Origin: Candidatus Eiseniibacteriota bacterium
Lineage (GTDB): Bacteria > Eisenbacteria > RBG-16-71-46
Direction of reading: 5' to 3'
DNA: 64,000 bases
NCBI GenBank assembly: GCA_963707915.1
Contig: OY970178.1
Location: 736,001-800,000, forward strand
In this document: one piece after another, positions 19,341 to 29,499 of the stretch
Position numbering within the stretch: position 1 is the first letter of the stretch
Layout: every line of letters begins with the position of its first letter
Translations under genes and position numbers: made by a program
Notes under the pieces: model-generated
Told to the model about the DNA's origin: nothing
The model's input: only the letters and a program-made list of their open reading frames with translations
Database searches by the model: none

Positions 19341-21836
19341 ATGGGCGGCTCACCGGCTTCCGACCGCCCGCGCCGGCCACGTGCGTGGCGGGCATTCGCG
19401 CCCCTGCTGGCCACGGCGCTGCTCGCGCCCCCCGCGTCCGCATACTCGGACCGTGCCGGCACCGACGTCGTCATGGACGCCCCCTGGCGGAGCGTGCGGG
19501 ACTACATCCCCGTGCTGTTCTTCTTCCCGCAGTTCGAGGGCGGGCGCCGGGTGGAGCGGATCCGGATCTTCGAATGCGTCGCCGGCGTCCCGACCGGCCC
19601 GGCGGTGGTCACCGACGCGGCAGCCAGTCCCGACACGCTCCACGGCGCGACCTTCGTCGGTCCGCTCGGCGAGGCCCGCGGCGGGCTGGACGCCGGGGAG
19701 CGCGTCACCAGCTTCTGGCACTACATCGTGCGCGTCCCGCACGCGGCGCTCTCCGGGCACGCGACGCCCGACGTCCACGAGCTGCGCGCCGAGGTCGATT
19801 GGACGCGGCCCGGGCTGCTCGGAGTCCGGCACTTCCGCAGCTTCCGCGTGGTGCGCGTCCTCGTCGACCCGGCGCGGTTCCCCTCCCTGCACCCGGAGGA
19901 CCGCTACCTCGACACCCACGTCCATACCATCGCCGAGCAGACCACCTCCGCCGCGCTCGACGTGGACGGCGGGAGCAAGGCCTACGGCGGGCCCGTGGTC
20001 ATGCTGCTCGAGTCGGCCTACGCCCTGGGGCTGGTGGAGACGCAGCCGCGGGACGGCAACTGGGGAGCGTACCGGGACAGCATCGTGGTCACCGACCACA
20101 ATCTCTTCTACTCGCGCGAGCCGTACGACGCCGGCGTGGCGCCACGCTTCGGCCCCACCGCGTCCACCGACGGGCACGCGGGCGAGGCCGCGTGGTACCG
20201 CGCCAACCTCGGGCGGCTGGCGGGGGAGGAGATCACGCTGCGACGCGGCTCCAACCAGGATGGCTCGCTCGCGCCGAACCTCGGCCACCACCTGCTGGCC
20301 TACGGCACGCGTCACTTCGAGGGGACGTGGCACGGCGGGCGCTTCCTGACCTCCCGGCTCGAGAACCCCAACACGCTGGAGACGGTCCTGGCGGGCATGA
20401 AGTCCGCCGGCGGCCCCGGCTTCCTCTACGCGGCCCACCCGAACCTCGACGGCTTCGTCTGGCCGGCCGAGTACTACGCGCAGGGGATCGGCTTCCCGCC
20501 CTACAACTCGCTCGCCGGCCCGCTGGTGGATTCCAGCGGCACGGAGTTCCTGTTCAAGGGCTCGGAGGTGTGGAACACCAGGATCGCACGGGTCGCGCGC
20601 GACAGCGGGCGCCTGCCCGCCTCGAGCGCCTTCGACGCGATGGACCCGTTCCCCGGGGGGCCCGAGGCGCAACGCTTCCGCCCGGTCGCGTGGGACGGCG
20701 AGTTGATGCGCTCGCTCGACACCTTCCTCGGGCTGCTCGGCCGCGGACTCCGCTTCTCGTTCAAGGAGGCCCCCGCGGACCGCTTCATCCGCAAGCTGTA
20801 CATGACCGCCGGTTCCGACGCTCACGGCGACTTCAACTACTCCGACGAGGTCTCCGCCACGGTCGTGCCCTACTCCGGCGCGCTCCACGACAACGCCTAC
20901 GCGCGGGCCCGCACCTACCTGCTGGCGCACGACCTCCCCGCGGACTCGCGCGGAGCGCTCGAGGCGCTGCGCAAGGGCAATGCCCTGATCACGGACGGGC
21001 CGGTGTTCGAGTACCAACTGGATGCGGATGGACGGCACGACCCCGATGCGGGAGCGGCCCGCTGGCACGACGCGGCCGTCCGCTGGGAGAACCCGGACGG
21101 CCGGATCGGCGGGTCCGGGGCGTTCGACGGCGCACGCACGATGCTGGTGCCGCTGCCGGGCGACGGCGTCTGGATCCGCAGCCGGTGGAAGCGGTCCGTG
21201 ACCCCCGGCGCCGGGGACGTCACCCGGTTCAAGTTCGACCGCGTGACGGGCACCGCGCGGGACTCGTTCCACGTGGCCGCGGGCCCCGAGGGCGTCGAGG
21301 ACTCCCGGCCGCTGCCGCGGGCGCTGGACAGTCTCGCCGCGCTGGTCGCCACCGCGCGCGACCTCGACCGGGACGAGCGCTGCATCGCGAACCCGGTGTG
21401 GGTCGCCCCGGTCCGCATCGAGATCGCGAGACCGGAGGGCGGGGGGCAGGCTCGAGCCGGGGTGGCGCTGCCCGCCGGGACCTTCCGGGTCACGTTCCGC
21501 TTCCCGATCTCCATGTCCGCGGCGCCCGGCACCCGCGCCTGCCTGCGGCCGCTGGACGCGCGCGGGAACAGCACGGATCCCGAGATCGAGCTGGCCGCGG
21601 ACCCCGGCTGGCAGGAGGATGACGGCGTCGGCTCCGCCCGCTACACTGCGGTCAACGTCGCGGACGTGGCCGATCCGCCCGGGGACTGGGACGCCGACTC
21701 GCACGCCGGCGTGTCGGGCGTCCGCTCCTTCGTCGTATACCTGAAGGGCCCGGCGGATCTGCATGGCAACCGCTTGAACGACGTCGCGAGGGCCTTCGCG
21801 GTCACGGGGCCGCGGACGTCGCCAGCGGCGCCGTAG
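19341..21836 (+). CDS. Secreted protein with a PHP-like metallohydrolase domain
   Basis: DTHVH, VTDHN, AAHP and AGSDAHGD metal-ligand motifs; signal peptide. Confidence 0.6.
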   Translation: MGGSPASDRPRRPRAWRAFAPLLATALLAPPASAYSDRAGTDVVMDAPWRSVRDYIPVLFFFPQFEGGRRVERIRIFECVAGVPTGPAVVTDAAASPDTLHGATFVGPLGEARGGLDAGERVTSFWHYIVRVPHAALSGHATPDVHELRAEVDWTRPGLLGVRHFRSFRVVRVLVDPARFPSLHPEDRYLDTHVHTIAEQTTSAALDVDGGSKAYGGPVVMLLESAYALGLVETQPRDGNWGAYRDSIVVTDHNLFYSREPYDAGVAPRFGPTASTDGHAGEAAWYRANLGRLAGEEITLRRGSNQDGSLAPNLGHHLLAYGTRHFEGTWHGGRFLTSRLENPNTLETVLAGMKSAGGPGFLYAAHPNLDGFVWPAEYYAQGIGFPPYNSLAGPLVDSSGTEFLFKGSEVWNTRIARVARDSGRLPASSAFDAMDPFPGGPEAQRFRPVAWDGELMRSLDTFLGLLGRGLRFSFKEAPADRFIRKLYMTAGSDAHGDFNYSDEVSATVVPYSGALHDNAYARARTYLLAHDLPADSRGALEALRKGNALITDGPVFEYQLDADGRHDPDAGAARWHDAAVRWENPDGRIGGSGAFDGARTMLVPLPGDGVWIRSRWKRSVTPGAGDVTRFKFDRVTGTARDSFHVAAGPEGVEDSRPLPRALDSLAALVATARDLDRDERCIANPVWVAPVRIEIARPEGGGQARAGVALPAGTFRVTFRFPISMSAAPGTRACLRPLDARGNSTDPEIELAADPGWQEDDGVGSARYTAVNVADVADPPGDWDADSHAGVSGVRSFVVYLKGPADLHGNRLNDVARAFAVTGPRTSPAAP

Positions 21837-21897
21837 CCGGAGGCCCGCCAGCGCGGCGGGCACCCCGGGCGCCCCGGAGACTGTGGAGACCACTCGA

Positions 21898-22542
21898 ATG
21901 AGATCCAGGATTCCCACCCGTCGGATGTGGACGCTCGCCGCGATCGGCCTGCTGTGCGTCGCGATGGCCGTGAACCTCCAGGGTTGCACCGCGGTCGGTT
22001 TCGCGGTCGGCGCCGCCGCCGATGCGCAGGAAGGCAGCGGCGGTCCCGCGCTGCTGCTGAGTGTGAAGACCGGTCGCCCGGTGACGTTGACGCTGTGGGA
22101 CGGCCGCTCGCTCGAAGGCCGCTTCGCTGGATGGTCGCGCGATACCGCGGTCGCGATCGCGGCGGCCGACTCGATCTATCCGCGGGGAGCGACGGTGCGG
22201 CTCGCGACCCGGGACGGCGAGCTCCGCATACCGGCGGAGCGCATCGCCAAGGTCACGATCTCGGTCAACAGCCGCAAGTTCGTCGGGCTGCTGATCGGGC
22301 TCGCGGCGGACGCGCTGGTGATCTCGACGCTCCGGTCGGCGTGGCATCCGACTCCGCTCGGTTGCGAGGGGGATAACCTCGGCTCCCCCTGGGCTCGGGT
22401 CGCCCCGGCCGGCGCACCCGCATCGGACCGACTGCCAGGGCGGTCCGTAGCGCGCGGCAGCTCCGTGTGGCCGTCGTCGGAATCCCCGGCGATGGGCTTC
22501 CGCCCGCGGGCTCGAGCCGGACGAGGTGGAGGCCGTGGCTAG
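21898..22542 (+). CDS. Hypothetical lipoprotein
   Basis: Hydrophobic leader ending in lipobox-like LQGC. Confidence 0.5.
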   Translation: MRSRIPTRRMWTLAAIGLLCVAMAVNLQGCTAVGFAVGAAADAQEGSGGPALLLSVKTGRPVTLTLWDGRSLEGRFAGWSRDTAVAIAAADSIYPRGATVRLATRDGELRIPAERIAKVTISVNSRKFVGLLIGLAADALVISTLRSAWHPTPLGCEGDNLGSPWARVAPAGAPASDRLPGRSVARGSSVWPSSESPAMGFRPRARAGRGGGRG

Positions 22543-22696
22543 AGCATCGTGGCTGAAGGTCGGCGCCGGGTTGAGCTTCTTCATGGCGGCATGCCAGGCG
22601 GTGATCTCGCACCTGGTGTTCCTGGCGGCAGGGATCGCGTACACGGTGGGGACCGTGGTCAACTGGCGAACCATGAAGTCCAATCGATAGGCCGCC

Positions 22697-23449
22697 ATGT
22701 CCAGACCGCGGACGATACTTCTTCTCGGCGGCACCGGGCGCACCGGCCGGCGCGTGCTGGAGCAGCTCCTGGGTCGCGGCTTCGCGGTACGCGCCATCGT
22801 GCGCTCGCGCGCCGGGCTGCCAGCGGGCGCACTGGCGAACCCCGACCTCACGGTGATCGACGCCGACCTGCTCTCCCTGACCGACGAGGACCTGCAACGT
22901 CACCTTCGCGGCTGCGACGCCGTGATCTCCTGCCTGGGCCACTTCCTCAGCCTCAAGGGGGTCTTCGGCCCACCGCGCGATCTCGTCACCCGGGCCACCT
23001 CGACGCTGTGCCGGACGATCGAAACGCTGGGGCCCGCCGCGCCGGTCAAGTTCGTCCTGATGAACAGCGTCTCGGTCCATCGCCCCGGGGGGCTCGACGC
23101 GCGACGCGGCGCCGTCGAGAGGGCGCTCCTCTGGATGCTGCGCGGCGTGCTCCCGCCGGCCCTCGACAACCAGCGCGCGGCGGACTTCCTGCGCGAGAGC
23201 GTCGGGGCGCTCCATCCATCCATCCAGTGGACGGTGGTCCGCCCCGACTCGCTGCTGGAAGGCGACGTGACGCGCTACACGCTGCACCAGGGGCTGGTGA
23301 GCAGCCTGTTCAAGCCCGACAGCACGAACATCGCCAACGTCGCCCACTTCATGTGCGAGTTGGTGGCGAACCCGGCGACGTGGCGGGAATGGAACGCCGG
23401 CTTCCCCGTGATCATCAACGCGGCCGCGTCGGGCGGCACGGCCCCGTAG
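22697..23449 (+). CDS. NAD(P)H-binding atypical SDR protein
   Basis: LLGGTGRTG, DAVISCLG, WTVVRP. Confidence 0.85.
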   Translation: MSRPRTILLLGGTGRTGRRVLEQLLGRGFAVRAIVRSRAGLPAGALANPDLTVIDADLLSLTDEDLQRHLRGCDAVISCLGHFLSLKGVFGPPRDLVTRATSTLCRTIETLGPAAPVKFVLMNSVSVHRPGGLDARRGAVERALLWMLRGVLPPALDNQRAADFLRESVGALHPSIQWTVVRPDSLLEGDVTRYTLHQGLVSSLFKPDSTNIANVAHFMCELVANPATWREWNAGFPVIINAAASGGTAP

Positions 23450-23609
23450 CTCGGGCCGCCCCGTCCCCCGGCGAATCGCGGCGGGCGCCCGGGGCGACCC
23501 GACGCGGCGGCGTTCGACCGCCGTTCCTGCTACGCTCGGGGGAAGACGAGGCCGAGCGGTGCGGCGGCCGGCCGGCCGAGCCCGAGTCCAACCCCGGAGG
23601 CGATACCCG

Positions 23610-24830
23610 ATGGCGACCGTCGCAGACGTCCAGCAGCGCGTGCAGCAGCGCCGCGGCGAGATCATCCAGTTCCTGCGCGACATATGCGCCATCCCCTCGA
23701 TGGACTCCCAGCTCGGTCCGGTCGGGGAGCGCATCCAGGCCGAGATGCGCAAGCTCGGCTTCGAGGAGGCGCGCTTCGACCGGATGGGCAACACCGTCGG
23801 GCGCATCGGCGACGGCCCCCGGGTCATCGTCTACGACTCGCACATCGACACCGTGGGCGTGGGCGACCCCACGGAGTGGGCCTGGGACCCGTTCGTGGGC
23901 AAGGTCGAGGACGGCCGGCTCTACGCGCGCGGCGCGGTGGACGAGAAGGGCAGCACGCCCGGCATGATCCACGGGCTGGCCATCGCCCGCGATCTCGGCC
24001 TGCTCGACGGCACGACCGTCTACTACTTCGGCAACATGGAGGAGTGGTGCGACGGCATCGCGCCCAACGCCTTCGTCGAGGTGGACCCGAAGGTGCGGCC
24101 CGACCTCGTCGTCATCGGCGAGCCGACCAACCTCGATATCTACCGCGGGCACAAGGGACGCATCGAGATGAAGATCACCGCCACCGGGCGGTCCGCGCAC
24201 GCCGCCTCGCACTATCTCGGCGACAACGCCGTGTACAAGATGGCCGCGCTGATCAGCGACATCCGCGACCTCGACCGCCGGATGCGCTTCGGCATGGGCG
24301 CGCACCCGGTCCAGGGCTTCGCCTCGATCGCCGTGACCGACGTCGAGGCGCGCACCGCCTCGCTCAACGCGGTGCCCGACCAGTTCACCATCTTCCTTGA
24401 CCGGCGCATCACCCTGAACGAGCCGCACGACGAGGTCATCGCCCAGGTCCGCGGCCTGATCCCCGACTACCTGCAGGACGAGATCTTCGTCGAGGAGCTG
24501 GTATTCGATCAGCCCTCGTATACCGGCTTCCGCTTCCCGGTGACGAAGTACTACCCGGCCTGGCTGCTGGAGGACGCCCACCCACTGGTGCGCGCCGGGC
24601 AGCGGACCCGCGCGCAGCTCTGGGGACCGGAGCGCCCGCTCGGCACCTGGGACTTCTCGACCAACGGCACCTACTGGGCGGGCAAGGCCGGCATCCCCGC
24701 GATCGGCCTCGGGCCCGGCGACGAGAAGACCGCCCACATGACCCACGAGAACGTGCCGCTCGACGAGGTCGTGCGCGCGGCCGAGTGGTACGCCTGGCTG
24801 CCCAAGGTGCTCGCCGACGGGGAACGCTGA
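23610..24830 (+). CDS. YgeY-like M20 metallohydrolase
   Basis: DSHIDTVG, GAVDEKG, MEEWCDG, GEPT, FSTNG; GGAGG RBS. Confidence 0.82.
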   Translation: MATVADVQQRVQQRRGEIIQFLRDICAIPSMDSQLGPVGERIQAEMRKLGFEEARFDRMGNTVGRIGDGPRVIVYDSHIDTVGVGDPTEWAWDPFVGKVEDGRLYARGAVDEKGSTPGMIHGLAIARDLGLLDGTTVYYFGNMEEWCDGIAPNAFVEVDPKVRPDLVVIGEPTNLDIYRGHKGRIEMKITATGRSAHAASHYLGDNAVYKMAALISDIRDLDRRMRFGMGAHPVQGFASIAVTDVEARTASLNAVPDQFTIFLDRRITLNEPHDEVIAQVRGLIPDYLQDEIFVEELVFDQPSYTGFRFPVTKYYPAWLLEDAHPLVRAGQRTRAQLWGPERPLGTWDFSTNGTYWAGKAGIPAIGLGPGDEKTAHMTHENVPLDEVVRAAEWYAWLPKVLADGER

Positions 24831-24841
24831 GAGGGACAAGA

Positions 24842-25345
24842 ATGGACTTCCAGGACCTGATCCGCGCCCGCTACAGCTGCCGTGCCTACCTCGACACGCC
24901 GGTCGAGGAGGAGAAGCTCGCGGCCGTGCTCGAGGCGGCTCGCCTCGCGCCGACGGCGGCCAACCGCCAGGCCTTCCGCGTGCACGTGCTCACGACCGCC
25001 GGCCGCCACGACGAGTTGCGCCGGCTCTACGCGCGCGACTGGCTCGCGCAGGCGCCGCTGGTGATCGGCGTCGCCGGGGAGCCCGCCCGCGGCTGGGTGC
25101 GCCGCGACGGGCGCAACTACGTGGACGTGGACTGCGCGATCGTCATGGACCACCTCGTGCTGCAGGCCGCCGACCTCGGCCTCGGCACCTGCTGGATCGC
25201 GGCGTTCGACCCGCCCGCTGCGCGTGAGCTTCTCCAGCTGCCGCCCGGGTGGGAGCCGATCGCGTTCACGCCGCTGGGGTATCCCGCCGACACCTGCCCG
25301 CCCAGGAAACGCCGGCCGCTCGAGGAGATCGTGACCCGGCGGTAG
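24842..25345 (+). CDS. Nitroreductase family protein
   Basis: RYSCRAY, APTAANRQ, GLGTCWI, PLGYP. Confidence 0.9.
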   Translation: MDFQDLIRARYSCRAYLDTPVEEEKLAAVLEAARLAPTAANRQAFRVHVLTTAGRHDELRRLYARDWLAQAPLVIGVAGEPARGWVRRDGRNYVDVDCAIVMDHLVLQAADLGLGTCWIAAFDPPAARELLQLPPGWEPIAFTPLGYPADTCPPRKRRPLEEIVTRR

Positions 25346-25427
25346 GCCTCATCCGCTGGCGCGCTTTCGGGGAGCCGGTTGAACCGCCTGCGCCGCTGAT
25401 CGCGGCGACGAATCCGTGACTGCTTCC

Positions 25428-26651
25428 CTAGGAGAGGAACAACCTGCGGTCGAGGTCGCCGGCCCGGACGGGCTTGCCTTGCAGGATGGTCCACTCGGGG
25501 ATGATCCGCCTGGAGGTCCGGCGGATGTCGCCGGTCACGTCCTTGCAGGTGAATTCACCCTCGGCCAGTCTGAAGACGGTGAGGAAGGCTTCGGCGCCGG
25601 GCCGGATCTCCCGCTCGAGCTTGAGGAACTTCGCCGGCCCCGTGCTCGCCCGTTCCATGATCGCGGCGAGTGGCAGGCCCAGCGCCAGGAACTTGGTCAG
25701 CACATTGGCAAGAGTCTTGGCAGAGCCCGTGCTGAGGATATAGAGGTCGGAGCTGATGGTGAAATCGAGAAAGCCCTGGTCGAGCGCCTGCTCGGCCGCC
25801 TTGAACTCGAAGCTCGCCATGCCGTGGCCGACGTCGAACTTCACGCCCCGGGCCAGGGCGTCTTTCACCGCCTCGTGAATCTTGCCGTTCTGGTCAATGA
25901 TGCTGTTGCCATGGCCGCGCAAGAAATGCGTGACGACGTCGCCTTCCTTGAGATAGGGAAGCATATCCGTGAGGTAGGGCGGCGGTGGGCCGATATGGGC
26001 CATGCCCGGCAGATGGAGCAGGTCGCCGGCCTCGCGCAGCTTCTTCACGTAGTAGAGCTGGTCGGAGCGCGGCGACACCTGCTTGTCGGCCCGCACCTTG
26101 AGACCCACGATGCGGTGATTGCCTCCGGCGATGAGCTTCTCCATGGCCGGCAGATCGGCCCAGCCTTCCTTGGTCCGATAGTACTTGGTGATCTCGATCC
26201 CGTTCTTGACCACGCTCAGGAGGGCGAAGCAGGGCACTTCAGGGTTCGGTCCGACCGCGCGCTCCAGGCGGTCATAGTTGTTCACGCCCGTGGTGCCGGC
26301 GTCGAGCAGCGCGGTCACGCCGTGCGCCGCGCCCAGCCGCGAGATGGGTGACCCCGCGCTCTTGCCGTGTTGCCAATCCACGTAGTGAACGTGCAGGTCC
26401 ACCCAGCCCGGGGAGACGTGGAGATCCCGGCCGGAAATCGTCTGGCCGGCTGAGGCCAGACTTCCCGGCGCGGCAATCTCGGCGATCCGGCCGTCCCGGA
26501 TGCCCAGGTCGCAGCGCGAGAAGGACCCGCCCATCAGGGCCTGCACGTCGCGGAGCACCAGGTCGGCGACCGGCGCGGCCCAACCGCGGCCGGCCACCAT
26601 CAGCCCCGCGGCGGATGCCGCGGTCCGCTTCACGAAGTCACGGCGCTTCAT
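25428..26651 (-). CDS. Tat-signal amidohydrolase (dihydroorotase-like/deacetylase family)
   Basis: MKRRDFVK twin-arginine leader; PGWVDLHVH, DAGT, GLKVR, FDVGHG, TISSD. Confidence 0.8.
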   Translation of the reverse strand: MKRRDFVKRTAASAAGLMVAGRGWAAPVADLVLRDVQALMGGSFSRCDLGIRDGRIAEIAAPGSLASAGQTISGRDLHVSPGWVDLHVHYVDWQHGKSAGSPISRLGAAHGVTALLDAGTTGVNNYDRLERAVGPNPEVPCFALLSVVKNGIEITKYYRTKEGWADLPAMEKLIAGGNHRIVGLKVRADKQVSPRSDQLYYVKKLREAGDLLHLPGMAHIGPPPPYLTDMLPYLKEGDVVTHFLRGHGNSIIDQNGKIHEAVKDALARGVKFDVGHGMASFEFKAAEQALDQGFLDFTISSDLYILSTGSAKTLANVLTKFLALGLPLAAIMERASTGPAKFLKLEREIRPGAEAFLTVFRLAEGEFTCKDVTGDIRRTSRRIIPEWTILQGKPVRAGDLDRRLFLS

Positions 26652-27006
26652 CCTTCTGCCTCCGCAAGCTGGTACGTCGGCCACTATCCCGCCCCCGGAC
26701 TCGCGGTTCAAGCGGCATCTTTCTTCCCATCGATCGCCCTCCGATCCCGGGACCGATCACGCGTGTTCGATAGAAGGGTGGAGGCGCCCTTGCTGCCCCT
26801 CCCGGCGATGAGGCCCAGGCTCCCTCTGGGCCGGGCACCGTCGGGCCGCCCGTGCCGCATCCTGCCGGCGGGGTGCTATATTGCCCACGAGGTTCATGGG
26901 AGGGAGGGGCTCGCTGGCCGCGCTTCCCGAGCAGCTCGCGATCTTCAGCGCACGTACCACCGTTTCCGCCGCGCCCCTCGGTGCGGCCGACGAAGGAGGT
27001 CCAAGC

Positions 27007-27606
27007 ATGAAGACGGCACTTGCTCTCGCGTTGGGAATGCTCCTCGCATCCTCCGCACTTGCCGAGCCTCCGCAAAGGAAGAATGAGGTCTTCATCGGAG
27101 TCGGCTCTGGCCCCGTCGTCTTCGTCCTGCAGGCGATTGGGGACGTGTTCGTCGACGTCGCATTCCACGGCGGGGGCAGCTACCGGACCGAGGGTTCGGG
27201 CGGCGGGCAATTCGTGGCCGGATACCAGCATCGGTTCAACCGTTTGCTGGGGGCTGGCGCGAGCGGATCCTGGGCCAAGATCAGCGAGGATCTGTACCGG
27301 GAGGGCGAGAACCAGAAGCTCTCCACGACCACCCGCCAGATGGTGACGATTCAGGTGGACGGGCGCCTGCACTGGGTCGACTGGCGTTGGGGGGGGCTCT
27401 ACTCGAACGTCGGCCTGGGCTTCGCCGCGCGCCACTACGAGTACACCGACGATGAGTACCACGTCTCGTTTTCGCACGACTGGAGCCACGCCGCCGTGAA
27501 CCTGATCCCGCTGGGCGTCCGCCTCGGGGGCGACGTCGCCGGGCACCTCGAGATCGGCGGCGTCACGAACAGCTGGGTCACCGCCGGGCTCTCCTACCGC
27601 TTCTAG
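27007..27606 (+). CDS. Outer-membrane beta-barrel protein
   Basis: Signal peptide, amphipathic strands, C-terminal GLSYRF; GGAGG RBS. Confidence 0.75.
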   Translation: MKTALALALGMLLASSALAEPPQRKNEVFIGVGSGPVVFVLQAIGDVFVDVAFHGGGSYRTEGSGGGQFVAGYQHRFNRLLGAGASGSWAKISEDLYREGENQKLSTTTRQMVTIQVDGRLHWVDWRWGGLYSNVGLGFAARHYEYTDDEYHVSFSHDWSHAAVNLIPLGVRLGGDVAGHLEIGGVTNSWVTAGLSYRF

Positions 27607-27887
27607 GCTCCAGGCGATGGCTGGCATCCCCGGCGTGCGGCTCCATCAAGCCGGCGCGCCGGGGATGTCGGTTTCCGCACGGCAAAGGCCAGCGCCACGC
27701 CATTCAGGACGTTGCCGTGGTGGTCAGCCGGGTGTTCGAAATCGGCGACCGCAGCCAGTCTGCTCCGAGTCCCTACGGAGGAGCCGGAGGAACGGGCAAG
27801 GCCACTTGGCATATCCTTGAAGGCCCTGGGGCCGCTGTCTCGGCAGCCGCGCGGCTCAGACGCTTCGGGACAGGAAGAGTGACGCTC

Positions 27888-27912
27888 GAGACCAGCACCA
27901 AAGCGGGACCAA
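27888..27912 (+). repeat. Arm-site-like tandem motif, copy 1
   Basis: GAGACCAGCACCAAAGCGGGACCAA resembles the copies at 37825 and 41607. Confidence 0.5.
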
Positions 27913-28599
27913 CAACCCGTGCACTTGCGCCCACAACCGCGGACCCGTAGCCACGCAGGGTAAGCAGGGTGCTGACCAGCTGCGTAGGTCCGCCGACCTG
28001 CCGGCTTCAGGCTGACCGATGGCGGGAAGGCCACCACGCTGGCCAGGTCCTTCCGGCCGATGGTGAGCGTACCGAGGTGGCCGGTCCCGGCCCTCCGTGC
28101 TCAGGCACGGGCGAACGCCTGCCGTTGAGCTCTTCGTGTAGGTTCCTGCGATGTCCGGCAGATTGCAGCGTTCCACCGCCGCGGGAGACGGTGCCGGGGT
28201 CGCCGACCGCGGAGTCTCCGCGCGCTGTAGCCCGAGCAGAATGCACGCGGCGAGCGCACAAGGGATGAACCAGGGGAGGAAACGCGCGACCGTCCGGGTG
28301 AACGCAGAGCGACGAGGGTCCAGGTCTTGGTGGCACTCCTTCGACCTGGGGGAGGGCCTCCTGCACGATCGAGTGTTGCGACTCACAACGGAGTCGCCTG
28401 CGAAGCCGTCAGCACGCCACGGCGGCCACCGGGGAGTTCGCAGCCACGACGCGGTTGCGTGGCCAGATCCTCCGAGACCACGAGGCGACATGTTACGCCT
28501 CGACCCGTCATGTACAAGGCTTCTTCGGACGACGGTCTGACGGACCGCGTGCCTGCTTGATTTCCCCCCTGAGCGAAGTGCGCTATCTTGCTGCCGCGT

Positions 28600-28638
28600 G
28601 GCCCCGTAGCTCAGACGGATCGAGCAGCGGTTTCCCAA
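28600..28638 (+). repeat. Displaced 5' half of tRNA-Arg(CCT), copy 1 (att-like)
   Basis: 37/39 identity to 41712-41750; the match ends at the end of the anticodon loop. Confidence 0.9.
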
Positions 28639-28725
28639 GACGTCACGGGCAAGCTGCGTCGCATCGTGTCGGCACGCGCCGAACCGTGCGCGCCCGGCTG
28701 CGGGGCCACCGAGGAGACGCCCCCG

Positions 28726-29499
28726 ATGTCGGACTTCTCGCTCGACAAGTGGTACATGGACGCCGCCGACGGCGAAGGCAATGTCTACATCGGCTACTGG
28801 GCGGCGCTGCACTGGAAGGGGCTGTCGTCCCACTTCGGCCACCACCTGTGGCGTGCCGCGACGGGCCGCTCATGGTCGCGGGCCGATCTCGGGGCGCCGC
28901 CCGCGCCAGACCGCGCGGCCTCCGACGTGTTCCACTGGCGCACTGCGCATGTCGATGCGACCTGGCGGCGGTCGGAGACGCCGCGCCTCTCCGAAACGCT
29001 GCTCGACACCGAACAGGGCCGGATCGAGTGGACCTGCCTGCTTCCCCGTGCGCGCGCGACGGTGCGCTCGCCGCGGCTCTCGGTCGAGGGCTGGGGCTAC
29101 GTCGAGCGGCTCGAGCTCACGCTGCCGCCGTGGGGCCTGCCACTCGAGACGCTCCACTGGGGCCGCTGCCTGTCGGACCACCACAGCCTGGTGTGGATCC
29201 GCTGGGACGGTCCCGACCCGCGGCGGCTGCTGTGGGTGGACGGCCGGCGCGGCACCGAATACGAGCTCACGGAAGACGGCCTCGTCGCTCCCGGTGCCCG
29301 CTGGGAGATCGAGAGCACGATGACGCTCCGCACGGGCACGATCGGCGCGACGGTGTTGCGGCCGTTTCGCCGGCTATTGCGGCTGCTGCCCGACGCGGTG
29401 ACACGCATCGACGAGCACAAGCGCTTCGCCCGCGGCGTGCTGCATGTCGGGGGCGCGTCTGAACCGGCCACCGCCATCACGGAGCGGGTGACGTGGTGA
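28726..29499 (+). CDS. Hypothetical protein (possible lipocalin/AttH-like fold)
   Basis: LDKWYMD start, GWGYVE, HWGR; GAGGAG RBS; stop overlaps the next start. Confidence 0.6.
   Translation: MSDFSLDKWYMDAADGEGNVYIGYWAALHWKGLSSHFGHHLWRAATGRSWSRADLGAPPAPDRAASDVFHWRTAHVDATWRRSETPRLSETLLDTEQGRIEWTCLLPRARATVRSPRLSVEGWGYVERLELTLPPWGLPLETLHWGRCLSDHHSLVWIRWDGPDPRRLLWVDGRRGTEYELTEDGLVAPGARWEIESTMTLRTGTIGATVLRPFRRLLRLLPDAVTRIDEHKRFARGVLHVGGASEPATAITERVTW

Noticed and set aside
28543..28638. Circularly permuted or split tRNA gene
   Set aside because: Only 10 nt of the 3' half precede the 5' half, with no T arm or acceptor 3' strand, and an intact copy exists at 41712.
28600..28680. tRNA-Gly(CCC) suggested by the TTCCCAA loop
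   Set aside because: There is no 3' anticodon stem, T arm or CCA; it is a point-mutated Arg half.
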